A DNA stretch of 52,815 nt, from contig NC_057718.1 in NCBI RefSeq assembly GCF_004010195.1, positions 67,658,408 to 67,711,222 on the forward strand, given 5' to 3'. The DNA comes from Chiloscyllium plagiosum. Lineage: Eukaryota. The notes under the pieces are model-generated. The model saw nothing but the letters and a program-made list of their open reading frames with translations. It was not told the DNA's origin and made no database searches. The position numbers and the translations under genes were made by a program. Positions within the stretch are counted from its first letter, which is position 1, and every line of letters starts with the position of its first letter. This document shows, in pieces, positions 1 to 12,470 of the stretch.

Positions 1-832
1 GCATGTGGTGAGGACGATGTATGCAGATAGATATAGACAAGTTAAGTGAATGGCAGAAACTTGGCAGTTGGAGGTAAATGTGGGAAATGTGAAGTTATGC
101 ACCAAGGTAGGAATAATAGAAGAGCTGAATATTATTTAAAAGGAGTAAGACTGCAGAAAGCTGTATAATAGAGGGATTTGGGGGGAATCCTCCATGAATT
201 AGATAAAGCTAGAATCTAACTTCAGTGGATGTTCACTTTATTTCAAAGGGAGTACAGTATAAAAATATAGAAGTTTAGCTAAAACTACAAAGACACTTGT
301 CAAATGACGCTAAGACTATGAACAGTTTTGGTTTCCTTATCTACGGAAAGAAATACTGGTTTTGAGGCAGTTCTGACAAGACTCACGAGGCTGATATCAG
401 ATATGGAAAAGAAGTAGAGTAGGTTGGCCTATACTCATTTGTAAATAGAAGAATGATAGGTGACCTGATTGAAACATGCAGGATTCTTGAAGGAATTAAT
501 AGGGTAGATGCAGAAAGGTTGTTTCTCCCTTATGGGAGAACCTAGGACCACAAGGCATAACCTCAGAATATGGTGTTGTACATTTAAGGATGAGGAGGAA
601 TTTGTTCTCTGTGGGGTTGTGAATCATTGGAATTGTTTACCATTGGAGCTGTTCAGGCTGATTAAGTATATTCAAGGCTGAGCTACAGTATTTTAATCCG
701 TAAGGGAATCCAGAGTTATGGGGAAAAGTAGGAAAGTGGAGTGGATTATCAGGTCAGCCATGATTTCATTGAACGGCAGATCAAACTGGATAGGCTGAAT
801 GGCCGACTTCTCCCATGTTTTACGAACTTATG
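1..832 (+). mobile_element. CR1 LINE 3' fragment (RT C-terminus and 3' UTR), decayed
   Basis: Degenerate CR1 motifs (ggtgacctgattgaaacatgcagg = GDLIETCR; cagttttggtttccttat = QFWFPY) and a CR1-type tail. Confidence 0.8.
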
Positions 833-1730
833 GTAAGAATGTAAGCTTCAGTTACACAGGGCATTGGTGAAACCGCATCTCAAATACTGTATGCAGTTTT
901 GGTCGCCTCATTTAAGGAAAGATTTAAATGCAAAAAAGGTGGTTTACAAGGATAGGTTGGTTATGCTGAGCCTATTTCCATTGCTGTTTAGAAAAGTGAG
1001 GGGTGACTTGATACAAGTATATAAAATCTTGACAGGGTGGATGTGGAACGGATGTTTCCTCTTCTGGGGCAATCCAGAACAGGGAGCATTTAAAAAAAAA
1101 GTCATCCTAGAGCAGGGTAAAGGCTAGTAATACTGCAGTGAATAACTCCCCTCCTGACTCCCCAAAGCCTGTCCACATCTACAAGACACAAGTTGGGAGT
1201 GTGATGGAATATTGCCCACTTGTCTGGATGAGTGCAGCCCCAACAGCACTCAAGCTTTACACGATTCAGGACAAAGCAGCCTGCTTGATTGGCACCACAT
1301 CCAAAAGTATCCGTTCCCTCCACCTCTGCTGCATTGCAGTGGTGTGCACGATCTGCAAGATGCACTGCAGAAAGGTCCTCAGACAGCGCCTTCCAAACCC
1401 ATGACCACTTTCATCTGGAAGGGAAAGGGCAACAGATACATGGGAATGAACAGGGGGCATTTGGAAAAAAAAGTCATCCTTTGAAGACATGAGAATGTTT
1501 CCCTCTGAAGGTTGATAAATTTGGAACACTCTGAATCAGAAGGCTATGGATAAGGGGGTTATTGATATTTCTAATACCAACATGGATAGACTCTTTTTAG
1601 GCAGGGGAATCCAGGATTATTGGGGGTGGATGGAAATATGACATTCAAAAAACCAACCAAAACAACCATGATCTATTGAATTGCAGAATGGCCAAGGGGG
1701 CCAAATGGTCTACTTTCCCTATTTTGTGTG
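833..1730 (+). mobile_element. CR1 LINE 3' fragment interrupted by the insertion at 1109-1447
   Basis: ORF 864 reads LVKPHLKYCMQFWSPH...RGDLIQVYKIL; the CR1 3' UTR resumes after 1480. Confidence 0.75.
1109..1447 (+). mobile_element. Non-LTR retrotransposon RT C-terminal fragment (CR1/L2 group, a different family from its host), flanked by a ~32-bp duplication
   Basis: IYKTQVGSVMEYCPLVWMSAAPT..L.TIQDKAACLIG. Direct repeats at 1077-1108 and 1448-1480. Related fragments near 1840-2100, 6240-6520 (-), 21150-21380, 41040-41370 and 43450-43790 (-). Confidence 0.7.
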
Positions 1731-2367
1731 CTTGCGTAACCTTTCCTCAGAAGACAGCCTACCCATTTCAGTATTAGCCTAATAAATCTTCGAAGTTGCT
1801 CCGATACATTTACGTTTTTAAATAAAGGAAAACAATATTGTACAGGATGCACTGCAGCAAGTGACGAAGGTTCCTTTAACAACACTTTTCAAACCCATTA
1901 CGTCTACCACATAGAAGGACAAAACTAGCAGGTGCATGGGATGATTACTACCTGCAAATTTCTCTTCAAGGCATGCGCACACTGCTGTAGTACTTGAATC
2001 AGTTCAACAAAAATGGCTCAATGCCATCTTATCAAGGGCAGTATGTGGATGGCTAACATATGCTGGCCTTGTCAGTGCTGCTCACTTCCCATGAGAAAAT
2101 ATAAACTATGCATGACATCAGTTTCTCCACATTTGATAATGGCATCCAATTGTATAGATTGTTTCCAGGGCAATTGTATGAGCAGCAATTCTCCAGTTAA
2201 ATACTGGGAAAGATAAACTACTGCTTTTGTTCATGCTGTAAACTCTCAACTCTCTCTCTTCCAGCTAGTGACTCTGTTCCTTTTCCTGACAATTTGAGTA
2301 AGTCAGCCTGTTTGCAAACTTGCCGTCAGAATTGAACCTGAAATGAGTTTCCAAACTTATTTTGGTA

Positions 2368-2780
2368 ATGTATTTTCCCTGGAGTGTCGAAGGCTGAGGG
2401 GTGAAGTTATAGAGGTTTATGAAATCATGAGGGGCATAGATAGGGTAAATAGACAAGATCTTTTTCCTGGGATAGGGGAGTCCAACACTAGAGGGCATGG
2501 ATTGAAGGTGAGTGGGGTAAGATATAAAAAGGACCTAAGGGGCAACTTTTGCATGCAGAAGGTGGTGGACATATGGAATGACCTGCAAGAAGAAGTGGCA
2601 GAGGCTGGTATAATTACAACATTCTAAAGGCATCTGGATGGGTATGTGAGTAGCAAGGGTTTAGAGGGATATGGGTCAAGTACTGGTAAATGGGATTAGA
2701 TTAATTTAGGATATCTGGTCAGCATGGTCAAGTTGGACTGAGGGTCTGTTTCCATGCTGTACAGCTCTTATGACTGTATA
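2368..2780 (+). mobile_element. CR1 LINE 3' end (HER1-like)
   Basis: FSLECRRLRGEVIEVYEIMRGIDRV...TRGHGLKV plus a 3' UTR shared with other copies (e.g. 41672-42142). Confidence 0.9.
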
Positions 2781-2791
2781 ACCTGTATAAC

Positions 2792-3335
2792 TTCACCCTG
2801 CTTCTGCTCCTGAGACCCTTGTGCATGTCTTCATTACCTCTGCTTTGTTCTAATGTACTTCTGAATGGTCCTGTCATATTTGATATAAATTTGAGGTCAT
2901 CCAAAGCTCTCTTCCTTGGGTCTTAATTTGGACAAAATCCCCGTTGCCTTGTTGTTCATGTCTTCCCAACCGAATTTGGCTCTTGATCAAGCATTATGTT
3001 TTATAATGCTTTTTAAAAAATTCTTTCATGTTCTTGCTCGCTCTGTTATCTCCTTCAGCCCACGTCCCTTGGTGAAATCTGGAGTCCTCTAATTCTGGAC
3101 TCTTGTGCATCTCTGATTTTTGTAGCTGGTCCTCATTTGCCTAGATCCCAAGCTCTGGATTTGCCTCTTTGCACCTCTCTGCCTCTTTACTTTGCTCATT
3201 TTAATATTTCTTAAAACCTACTTATTTGACAGATGGCTACACTGGTAGCATCTCCTTGTATGGTAGGGTTTTTGAAGCACCTTGGAACATTTTATTACTT
3301 CAAGCATAATGTATTAATAAAATTTGTTCTTGTTG
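2792..3335 (+). mobile_element. Old L2-type LINE 3' fragment
   Basis: gagacccttgtgcatgtcttcattacctct = ETLVHVFITS (L2 RT C-terminal motif); L2-like tail gaagcaccttggaacattt...ttgttg. Confidence 0.55.
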
Positions 3336-3787
3336 AGTGCCAGTTTAAAAACCTGGAAATTTGAAATGAGACCTGTCCGTTCCAAATTTAATGATGGGAT
3401 GAGGGGCCCATCCACTTGCTTGGGTCCTTTTCATCTTTATTCAAGTCAGTTATTCAATGCCTTTGGTTGTGATTCTGTTTTTAATCACTGTTAGCTAATT
3501 CCCCTGAACTGTGTAAACCTGGCAGGTGATAGAAGGAAGCAGTAGTTTCTGGTGCTTAGAGCATTTCTTTGGGGTGGAAATACCAGCCATCTGTCAAATA
3601 AGTAGGTTTTAAGAAATATTAAAATGAACAAAGTAAAGAGGCAGAGAGGTGCAAAGAGGCAAATCCAGAGCTTGGGGTCTAGGCAAATGAGGACCAGCTA
3701 CAAAAATCAGAGATGCACAAGAGTCCAGAATTAGAGGACTCCAGATTTCACCAAGGGACGTGGGCTGGAGGAGATAACAGAGGGAGC
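3036..3787. repeat. Inverted repeat: 203-bp arms (3036-3238 and 3585-3787) with a 346-bp spacer
   Basis: The arms are reverse complements with about 4 mismatches counted by eye. Confidence 0.95.
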
Positions 3788-3789
3788 TT

Positions 3790-4920
3790 CCATATCTTTC
3801 CTTTTCCTCAATGGAAATTAGCTGCTCCCATTCTTACCACAGTGGTTAATGGAATCTTTTGACCATTCCATTTCAACACTTCTTCTCTTGCCCCTTTTAT
3901 TCTCTCCCAGAGCACTAGTCGTCATCTTTGTATTTGCCTTCCTCCATACCAGCCTCCATATTGAACAGTTGGCTGCCTGCAGGTGATGCTACTATCGAGT
4001 GCCTTTCCATTTTACAGTTTTGAGCTATATAGCTGATTTAATATTTTGATGCAATAAAAATTATAGTATCCTGATCACATTTCAATCTGAAACACACTTC
4101 CTTTGCATGGCAGCTTTTGATGCAAATGCAGGCGATGCAACTCCTGCCCTTTACCTCTTATTTTCCCACTTCCTAATCCATTTATTCATAGTGAAACCTG
4201 TCCTATCAACATAGTACACTGTTTTGGCCACTCGTGACTCAGTCTCCTATGCATTGGAGAGACGAAATGCAGATGGGATCAATGCTTTGTGGTGGAATAC
4301 TTCCATTAGTCTGCAAATAGTGATCCTGAGATCCTGGTTGCCTGCCATTTTAGTCTGTTTCTGATGAAAAGTTATCAACCTGAAATGTTAATTCCTCCTT
4401 TCTCCACAGATGTTGCCAACTCTGCCAAGAATTTGTAGTGTTTGCTGTCTCTATTTTAATTCTCTGCCCCACTTTAACTTTGGCTCCCTATACAGTTTCA
4501 GTAAAGTTGCATGTATGCCTGTGGGGCCATACCTCATCTTTTTAGTTAGATTCTTTTATAGCCTTCTGAACTAACATTGGATTCAATCATTTTAGATCAT
4601 ACCTCTCCCCATTTTCTTAGATTCACTTATCAATTCACTTAGTTCCTGTAGATCTGTCTTTATTTCTTGCTGGGGCCATTCCTTTCGCCCTATATGCCTC
4701 ATTCTTGCTGCCATTTGATATTTTTTGTGCGTATTTCTAGTCTGTAGCAACCCCCGATGCACCTGCTGAAAACTATTACACATTTCATTTTTGAAGTTCT
4801 GATGATGTCATCAGCCTGAAACATTGACTTGATATTTCTCTCTTCAGATAGAGACTAGCCAAATTTGCTGACTATTTACAACATTTTCTGATTTATACCA
4901 GTGCAGTATTTTGCACTTAT
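3790..4920 (+). mobile_element. Highly decayed Penelope-like element (GIY-YIG remnant and termini)
   Basis: ctcctatgcattggagagacgaaatgcaga = LLCIGETKCR (YIG motif). Terminal ctgatga...gaaa motifs near 4361 and 4800. Confidence 0.55.
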
Positions 4921-7110
4921 TTCTGTTGCAGTTAACCTGAGTTTACCCTTTTTTCTGAGAGTTTACTGAGTCCTCTCAAATCAAATTTACTTCCTGTGTC
5001 TTTAATTATTACCCTGATAGGCATATTTTCTTACCTTGCTCGCCTTACTGAAGCCAGGTATTCACCTAAGCCTGGACTTATACCAACTAGCAGCACTAAC
5101 TGATTACTTAAGTTACAATGCAATCTTTACAAATAGACTAATTACCCTCTCGGCTACAACAAACTTCTTAACAGCCTGCCTCAATCTCTCTCTTTTGATT
5201 AGAGAAGGACGGAAGGATGGAAACACTATAATACAATGTGTGGGGCTTACTGTTCCTTGACACTGGGTTCTCCCTCACTCCGCTGATCAGTTGTGGTGAC
5301 AGAGCCTACTTCTCCCAGAATTCATTGGAATTGTTTAAAAAGAAACAGGATTGAGTTTGTATGTTCTTTTGATTTTAGCAATTGATAATTTATCCTGAAC
5401 TGGTGAGAGAGAAAGTCTCTTCTGTGTACTGAACATAAAAGTGTGAAGTAAGATAAAAGAATATTGGATATGTGCAAATCTAATGTGAGCTGACTACTGG
5501 GCTTGGGCTTATAGACAAAAAATATTTTTAAATTGACAGTTTTGGTCAGAGGACTCAGCCCATATGACAAGCAGTGTTACGCTGTAGTATTTCAAAGAAT
5601 TATATGGAATGTACAGCACATTAAAAAGTATCAGCTTTTTTCTCATGTAAGGTCTACGAAAGTTGAGGTGGAATAGAGGAAACTTGCCCTGTATGTGATT
5701 GACCAAGACATTGGATCATCTTATCTGCAAAGGTGATCAAAAGAGTTGGGGATTTGAGTTATGTAAACTACCTAAGAAGCTTTGTATTTTAGTTTTTAAT
5801 GTTTATTGTCCGTGAAAACAAGTGGTTGTGACCGGAATGTTTAGCTGTAGAAAAATTACTATCCCCATCTATGCTTGTTTATTTCAGGGATGCTATTTTC
5901 AAATTGAAAATCTTAAAAGAAAATTCATTCTCGTAATGTGGCATTGGTGATGATGGGGGGTAGATGATGTACCCTGCTACTTTTGTTCTAGTTTTAGAAT
6001 TTGTGTGTTTTAAGGGGCTGTGGTGCATCCTTGTAGATAATGTAGTGTAGATAGGAAATGTGGGTGGTAAAGAGTGTGGATGTTTACCCAGTGGATGGGG
6101 TCATAATCACAGTGATTATTTTTGTTTTGAGCTTCTTGGGCTACTTCCATTTCTAGCAAGTAGAGATTGTTATATTAATTTGGGCCTAGGGTAGTCTGGG
6201 CATGAGCCATTCCCTTCAGCTTTTTGTCTGCAGTAGTATCCATAGACTTCATGTAACTGTTCATGTATTAGTTAGATGTTGGAGATAGTTATTTAGTTAG
6301 TTAATTATTGCCTGGAAGATTTGCACAGGTGTTGGTCACTACTTATATGACCAAGCCTGAATGTTGTCAGGAGCTTGTATTAAGCAAGTATGAACTGTTT
6401 TGTTGTGTGAGATAATGTTGTCTGTTAGTAATCAACCTTTTGCCTTCCAATTTTATGGAGAGATGATTATTGAAGCACCTAAAGATGGTTGGGCCTGGAA
6501 TACTGCCCTGAGGAAATCCTGCAGTGATCTTTTTGGGATTGAAATAATTCATTAGAACTGTGTGTTCATTCAGATGGATGATTGTGATTTTGATGTACAC
6601 TTGCGTCTGCTTTGATGTTGACACTGGGTGTCTGAAAATGTTCAATTTCTGATCACAAGCATTTTTACACTGAAATTGAAGCAAGATTTGTCACCAATGA
6701 GTGTGATACCTATCTTCTTTTCAAGTCGTCATCAAAACTGCTCAGTTCATTCCAGATTCAGTTGAAACTGGCATGGCACTGGAAGACCCCCCTCATTGCT
6801 TCATGTCAATCTTGCAATTGATGAAACTCTTCTATTAGATGTGATACAAAATTACCACCTATTGGGGAGAATTTAATATGATGAATGGAGATGGTAATAA
6901 ATTGTGTGAGAATTTGTTTTCTGTTTTCGCAGTGATGACATGTTGACGTTTTTACTGAATATTATGAGATACAATAGTTGAAGGATAGTGAGAATAGTTT
7001 AAGCTGTTAGCCATTCTTTTCAGGGCTGGGATAACATTTTAAATTAGTTGTAAATTCTAAAACATTTAAGATGTATCAGTTATCAATTCTTCTTAATGTT
7101 CCTAATGTAG

Positions 7111-7314
7111 GGCAACCCAATTGAACAAATGGGTATGAAGAGACCTCAGCTATACGGGATGAACAACAATCCTTATTCACAGCAGCAGCATCAACAGCAG
7201 AGTGGACCTTACCCTGGGCAGTCATATGGACCTCCTACACCACAACGTTATCCAGTAACCATGCAGGGCAGAAATCCAAGTAACATGGGAGGAATGCAAT
7301 ACTTACAGCAACAG
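7111..7314 (+). CDS. ARID1B: Internal coding exon (probable exon 2) of ARID1B, AT-rich interaction domain protein 1B; 68 codons, phase 0/0
   Basis: Acceptor ttcttcttaatgttcctaatgtAG at 7109-7110 and donor CAG|GTAAAT at 7315. Translation [68 protein letters not shown] matches my recall of vertebrate ARID1B exon 2 (MKRPQLYGM...SYGPP..QRYP...QGR...MQY.QQQ) better than ARID1A. Confidence 0.9.
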
Positions 7315-7893
7315 GTAAATGTAATACCATTTTCAGATTATTGTAGCTCTCTGTTGTAGCTAACAACTTGAAATCAGGTAAGTCATTTAATAATGGGAAT
7401 GGAAAACATTGCTTGGTTGTGGTGATTTGTAGATTCTCTAAATTGTGGGGTGAGGTACACTGGAGACAGCAGAAAATAGCCAATGTATAATGGTAGTTAG
7501 ATCAAGAGGCATAGATAACCAATACATTGTGAAATTTGAATGATTTAAAACACTCACTTAAATCTCTAGTGAGAAACTGCTGCCTTGTTTACCATGCTTC
7601 TGTCATTTCTAAAACCACCAATGCAGTGAGTTTGTAATGAACAAGGGGGTGGAAATGTTCCTTTTTTTTCTCTCATCAGAGGTGTCCTCTGTCTTCGTAG
7701 ATGTAAACCATTACGTTGGTAAATGAAAGGATTCAAGAATACAGCAACTGCAAGTATCTAAATCAGAAATACTGTAAAGTGCAAGCAAGGAAGGAAGTAA
7801 AGAACTGAAGCTTGTTGCTTTATAATACTCCTATGAAAGGATTAGTATTTGCAAATAAACCAATCCAATTCTTAAGTATTAATTTAGTTATGA

Positions 7894-8236
7894 TCAGTGG
7901 TTAGCACTGCTGCCTCACAGCGCCAGGTGCCTGGGTTTGATTCCAGCCTTGGACAAGTGTCTGTGTGGAGTTTGCACATTCTCCCCGTGTCTGTGTGGGT
8001 TTCCTCCAGGTGCTCTGGTTTCCTCCCAAAATCCAAAGATGTGCAAGTTAGGTGAATTGGTCATGCTAAATTGCTCACACAGTATCCAGGGATGTGTAAG
8101 GTTAGGTGCATTAGTTGGGGTCAATGTCAAGTAATGGGGTAGGCGAATGGGTCTTGGTGGGTTATTCTTCGGAGGGTCAGTGTGGACTTGTTGGGCCAAT
8201 TGGCCTGTTTCCATACTGTAGGGATTCTATGATTCT
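7894..8236 (+). mobile_element. HE1-type tRNA-derived SINE (V-SINE superfamily)
   Basis: tRNA-like head tcagtggttagcactgctgcctcacagcgccagg...; core gtgtggagtttgcacattctccccgtgtctg.gtgggtttcctcc; CR1-like tail. Confidence 0.9.
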
Positions 8237-8514
8237 TCAGTGTTCATTGTTTTAATTGAGGGAAACTGTTTGAAGAAACTATATTGGACTGTGAAGGTCA
8301 AAATTAATTGCTTAACAATCCAATTACTCTAGTATTCTAAGTGAACTTTGTATCTGTTCATAATTTTAAATTAATGCCCATAACAGACAGGAAGATTTTG
8401 ATTCTTGCTTGAATGCAGTTCATAGAGTACTCAATGCCCTCAGTATATTGTCCAAATGGCTGTTCTTTAGCCCAGAATGTGTCCTGACTGGCAACTCAAT
8501 TATGGGGTTATTTA

Positions 8515-8604
8515 GAGTCAAGAGTGGGGTGCTGGAAAAGTACAGTAGGATCTGTAGTATCTGAGGAGCAAGAAAATCGACGTTTCAGGCAAGAGCCCTT
8601 CATC
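8515..8604 (-). mobile_element. Short Penelope-terminus element with 11-bp TSD
   Basis: Same family as 51736-51864; ggggttattta repeated at 8504-8514 and 8605-8615. Confidence 0.75.
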
Positions 8605-10502
8605 GGGGTTATTTATCACTGCTTTCTGATGGGGACTTATCAGGTAATGATTAAAGTCTGGAAACTTTTTAACAACTTACCAAAGTTTTACTTGAGAACA
8701 ATAATTGCATCTCCTAATGTCACATCATGTGAAGTCACATTGAATTGTACCTGACTCTTCTGGTGTCTGTGTCTCAACAACACATTTCTTTCACCAAATC
8801 AGGATTGTGAGTAGTTGAAAAATTAATGGGCACTTACAACCAAGCTGCCACAATTTCTCACTATAACAGCTTCCATATGATAATGTACCTAATCTTGTTT
8901 GCATTGCTGATCTGTGTCTAATGTACTGTGAGACAAAAGTGATAATTTTTGTATGGTGCTGTTTATGTTTCAAATGTTGAATATGAAACATGAACAAATA
9001 TATTAATACCTGATTTGCATTATGCATTTCAAACTACAATAACTGAACTGGAATGTTAATATAAACCTGAAGCTACGCTACTTAATAGGTTCCCCTAATC
9101 AAAAAGTTCTAATTTGGGGAAAATAAACTTTGATTAGTAATGGAAGTCTCTTGGTATGTGTGATGTTGATCACAGACTGTATTCCATGTTGCTGACAGCT
9201 CTGATGATAAATGAATGTAGCACGAAGTATCCGTATATATGAAATAGGGGGGGTTTATTTTTGTTAGAAAAGCAAGTGGTTGCTATTTTTAAGATATATT
9301 TTGCATAATCTGCATTTTTTTTTCATTTTAATAATTCCCTTCAGTTTAACAATGCTGCAGTCTCTTGATGTTTGAATGTGGCAATGTTTATTCTAGAATA
9401 ACTTAGTTTGAAAAGTAGTTACTTGACTCTGATGTCATATCTAGTGAAATATGAATACATATGAAATATTTAGGAATGCCAAATACTACTGCACTCTCAA
9501 TGTTCATTGACTTGGATAATTCTGGGACTTGCTACTTTTTTATTTACTAATCTAAGATTTTATTAGTAGTATCTGGCTGATCAGCAGTGATTATTTATTT
9601 GATACATTTGGACCGCAGAACAAATCATGAACTATTAAATTCATAACCTAATGCCACAACGAAAAGAACCTTAAGGTTAAACTCAATAACTGATTATAAC
9701 TTGCCGGCTGCGATTTCCTCGATTTTAAAATATAAGAATTATAATTTCTTAAAATATGATTGTGCTTGTAGAGTATCACTTATTTTCTGAAGGGGAGTTA
9801 TAAATTGAACTTTTTGAGCTCTCTACCTTGCGTCCCACAAATATTCATGTATTGCCATGTTCCCGAAATGGCTGATCTCAGAAAATCTTATAACGGCTGA
9901 ACATTCAGTGGTTTCATCACCTGAATGTTATTACCACAATGAGTAGCAAAACGTACAAACTTAGCTGAATGTGAACAGGTATAGGAAAATAAATCAAAAT
10001 GTGTTTTTATAAACCTTGTTGACTGTAACAAATAGGTATTGTGGATGATGTCTTTGCAATTTAGTTAATGGTGTCTCAAGATTAAGATGATGTGAAGATG
10101 CATGCACATGGATACTTTAGCATGAAGCTGCAGATCCTTTTTCATCTGTGTAAATTACAGTAACGGTATTTTAACTTCCATTAGTTCATATGTTTGTATC
10201 GAAAGTGCTTGTTGTGACTTAAGAAAATAAACGTAGCAAATTAGCAGATAAAGTAAAATAGTGAAAAATTTGAACTAATCCATTTTGGCAGGAAGGATAG
10301 ATCAGTTTACTATTTAAATGGAGAGATTTCAGAACTCAGTAATTCAGAAGGATCGGAGTGTTCTGGTAGATGAAATACAAAAGTTTGTTTTGTAGGTACA
10401 AGAAGTGACTATACATAGGAAGGAAATATAAAAGTAAGGAGATTTTACTGCAGTTGCACAAAGCATTAATAAGATTCTATCAGGAGTGTAGTTTATCTGG
10501 TT

Positions 10503-12470
10503 ATAGAATCAGAATTTTACAGCGCAGAAACAAACCCTTCAGTCCAACTCGTCCACGCTGACCAGATATCATAAACCGAGCCAATCCCATTTGCCAGCAT
10601 TTGGATCACATCCTCTAAACTCTTCCTATTCATGTACTCATGAGATGCTTTTTAAATGTTGTAATTATACCTGCCTCAACCACTTTTTCTGGCAGCTTGT
10701 TCCATACACGCATCACCCTGTGCAGGGATTTAAACCCTCAAATCCATGTGACATCCTTGTAAATCTTTTCTGAACCCTTCTCAAGTTTAATAACATCCTT
10801 CTTATAGTATAAGACCAGAATTGAATGCTGTATTCTAAAAGTGGCTGCACCAATGTCCTTTACAGCTGCAACATGACATCCCAACTCCAAACTCGAATGT
10901 TATGACCACCATGTCTACCTGCAACTCCATTTTCAAGAAACCATGCACTTGCACCCCTAGGTCTCTGGCAACACTCCCCAGGGCTGTATCATTAAATGTA
11001 CGAGTCCTGTGTTGATTTACCATAACATTTTAGCGACTCTTGGATAGGCACATGGAAGATAGTACAATAAAAGGTATGTAGGTTAGTCTGATCTTAAATT
11101 TGGATAAAAGATTGGTACAACATCGAGGGCCGAAGGGCCTGTACCTGTACTATGTTCTATGTAAAATGCAGCACCTCGCATTTATCTAAATTAAACTCTA
11201 TCTTCCACTCCTTGGTCCATCGGTCCATCTGATCAAGGTCCTATTGTACTTCACTGTCTATTACATCACCAATTTTGGTATCATCTGCAAACGTGGTAAT
11301 CATTCCTCCTATATTCACATCCAAATCACTTATGTGAATGACAAAAAGCAGTGAATACACCACCAATTCTTGTGGCACACCCCTTGTCACAGGCCTCCAG
11401 TCCAATTAAACAACGCTTCACCACTACCCTCTCTCCTACCTTCAAGCTAATTTTATTTCCATTTGGCTCGCTACCCCTGGATTTTGTGATCTAATCTTGC
11501 GAACCAGTCTGCCATGTGGAACCTTGTTGAATGCCTTGCTGAAGTCCATATAGGCAATGTCTACTATTCTTGCCTTAATCAATCTTTATCACTTCTTCTT
11601 CAAACAATGCAATATAGTGACACACAATTTCCCATACAGAAAACAGTGTTGACTCCCTGGTTGTCCTTGTCTTTTGAAATGCGTATAAATCCTGTCCCTT
11701 GGAATCCCCTCCAACAACATGCCCACCGCTGTCAGGCTCACCTGTCTATAGTTCCCTGGCTTTTCCTTACCATCTATCTTCAATAATGGCACCACATTAA
11801 CCACCCCATCTGTGTCTGTTGACGATGCAAATACAAGAGGCTTAGCAATCTCTTTCCTAGCTACCCACACCTGATCAGCTTCAGGGAATTTATGCATGTT
11901 TGTGTTTTAAGATGTCCAGAAATGTCCTCTTCTGTAATATGGACATTTGTCAAGATATGACTGTTTGTTTATTTCCCTAAATTCTCTAGCTTCTATATCC
12001 TTCTCCACAGTAAATACTGACAGACAATACTCGTTTAGTATCTTGTCAATCTCCTGTGGTTCCAAATGATAGATGGCCTTATTGATCTTTAAGGGGCCCT
12101 ATTCTGTCTGTCTCTCTCTTTATTCTTTTGCCCTAATGTATTCGTAGAATCTCTTTAGATTCTCCTTTTGGACAAAGCTATGTTATCTTCCCTTTTTGCC
12201 CTCTTGATTTCTCTTTTTAAGAATACTCCTACTGCCCTTACACTTTTCTAGGGAGTCACTCGATCCTGGCTGTCTATATCTGATACGTTTTCTTGATCAG
12301 AGCATTCCCTGTGCCTGTCAGCCTTGCTCTTCGCACGGTCTCTGGAGTCTCATTTCTAAAGACCTCCCACTTTCCACCCATCCCTTTACCTGCGATAGCC
12401 TGTCCCAAACAACTAATGAAAGTTCTAACCTACTACTGTCTTACTTGGCCTTAGTTCAGTTTAGAACTTT
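10503..12470 (-). mobile_element. CR1 LINE ORF2 fragment, nested in an older + strand CR1 (about 10000-10500 and 12490-12965) and carrying a short + strand CR1 tail at about 11022-11162
   Basis: Minus-strand ORF 11589-11897 contains NVVPLLK.DGKEKPGNYRQVSLT; CR1 tail at the left end. Confidence 0.85.

Noticed and set aside
7315..7359. ORF 7129-7359 read as a standalone 76-aa gene
   Set aside because: Similarity to ARID1B stops at the GT donor (7315); the tail [14 protein letters not shown] is intron read-through, and the exon begins upstream of the ATG.
7894..7945. tRNA-like sequence with A and B boxes (also near 27840-27886 and 28844-28900)
   Set aside because: These are SINE heads; there is no complete cloverleaf.
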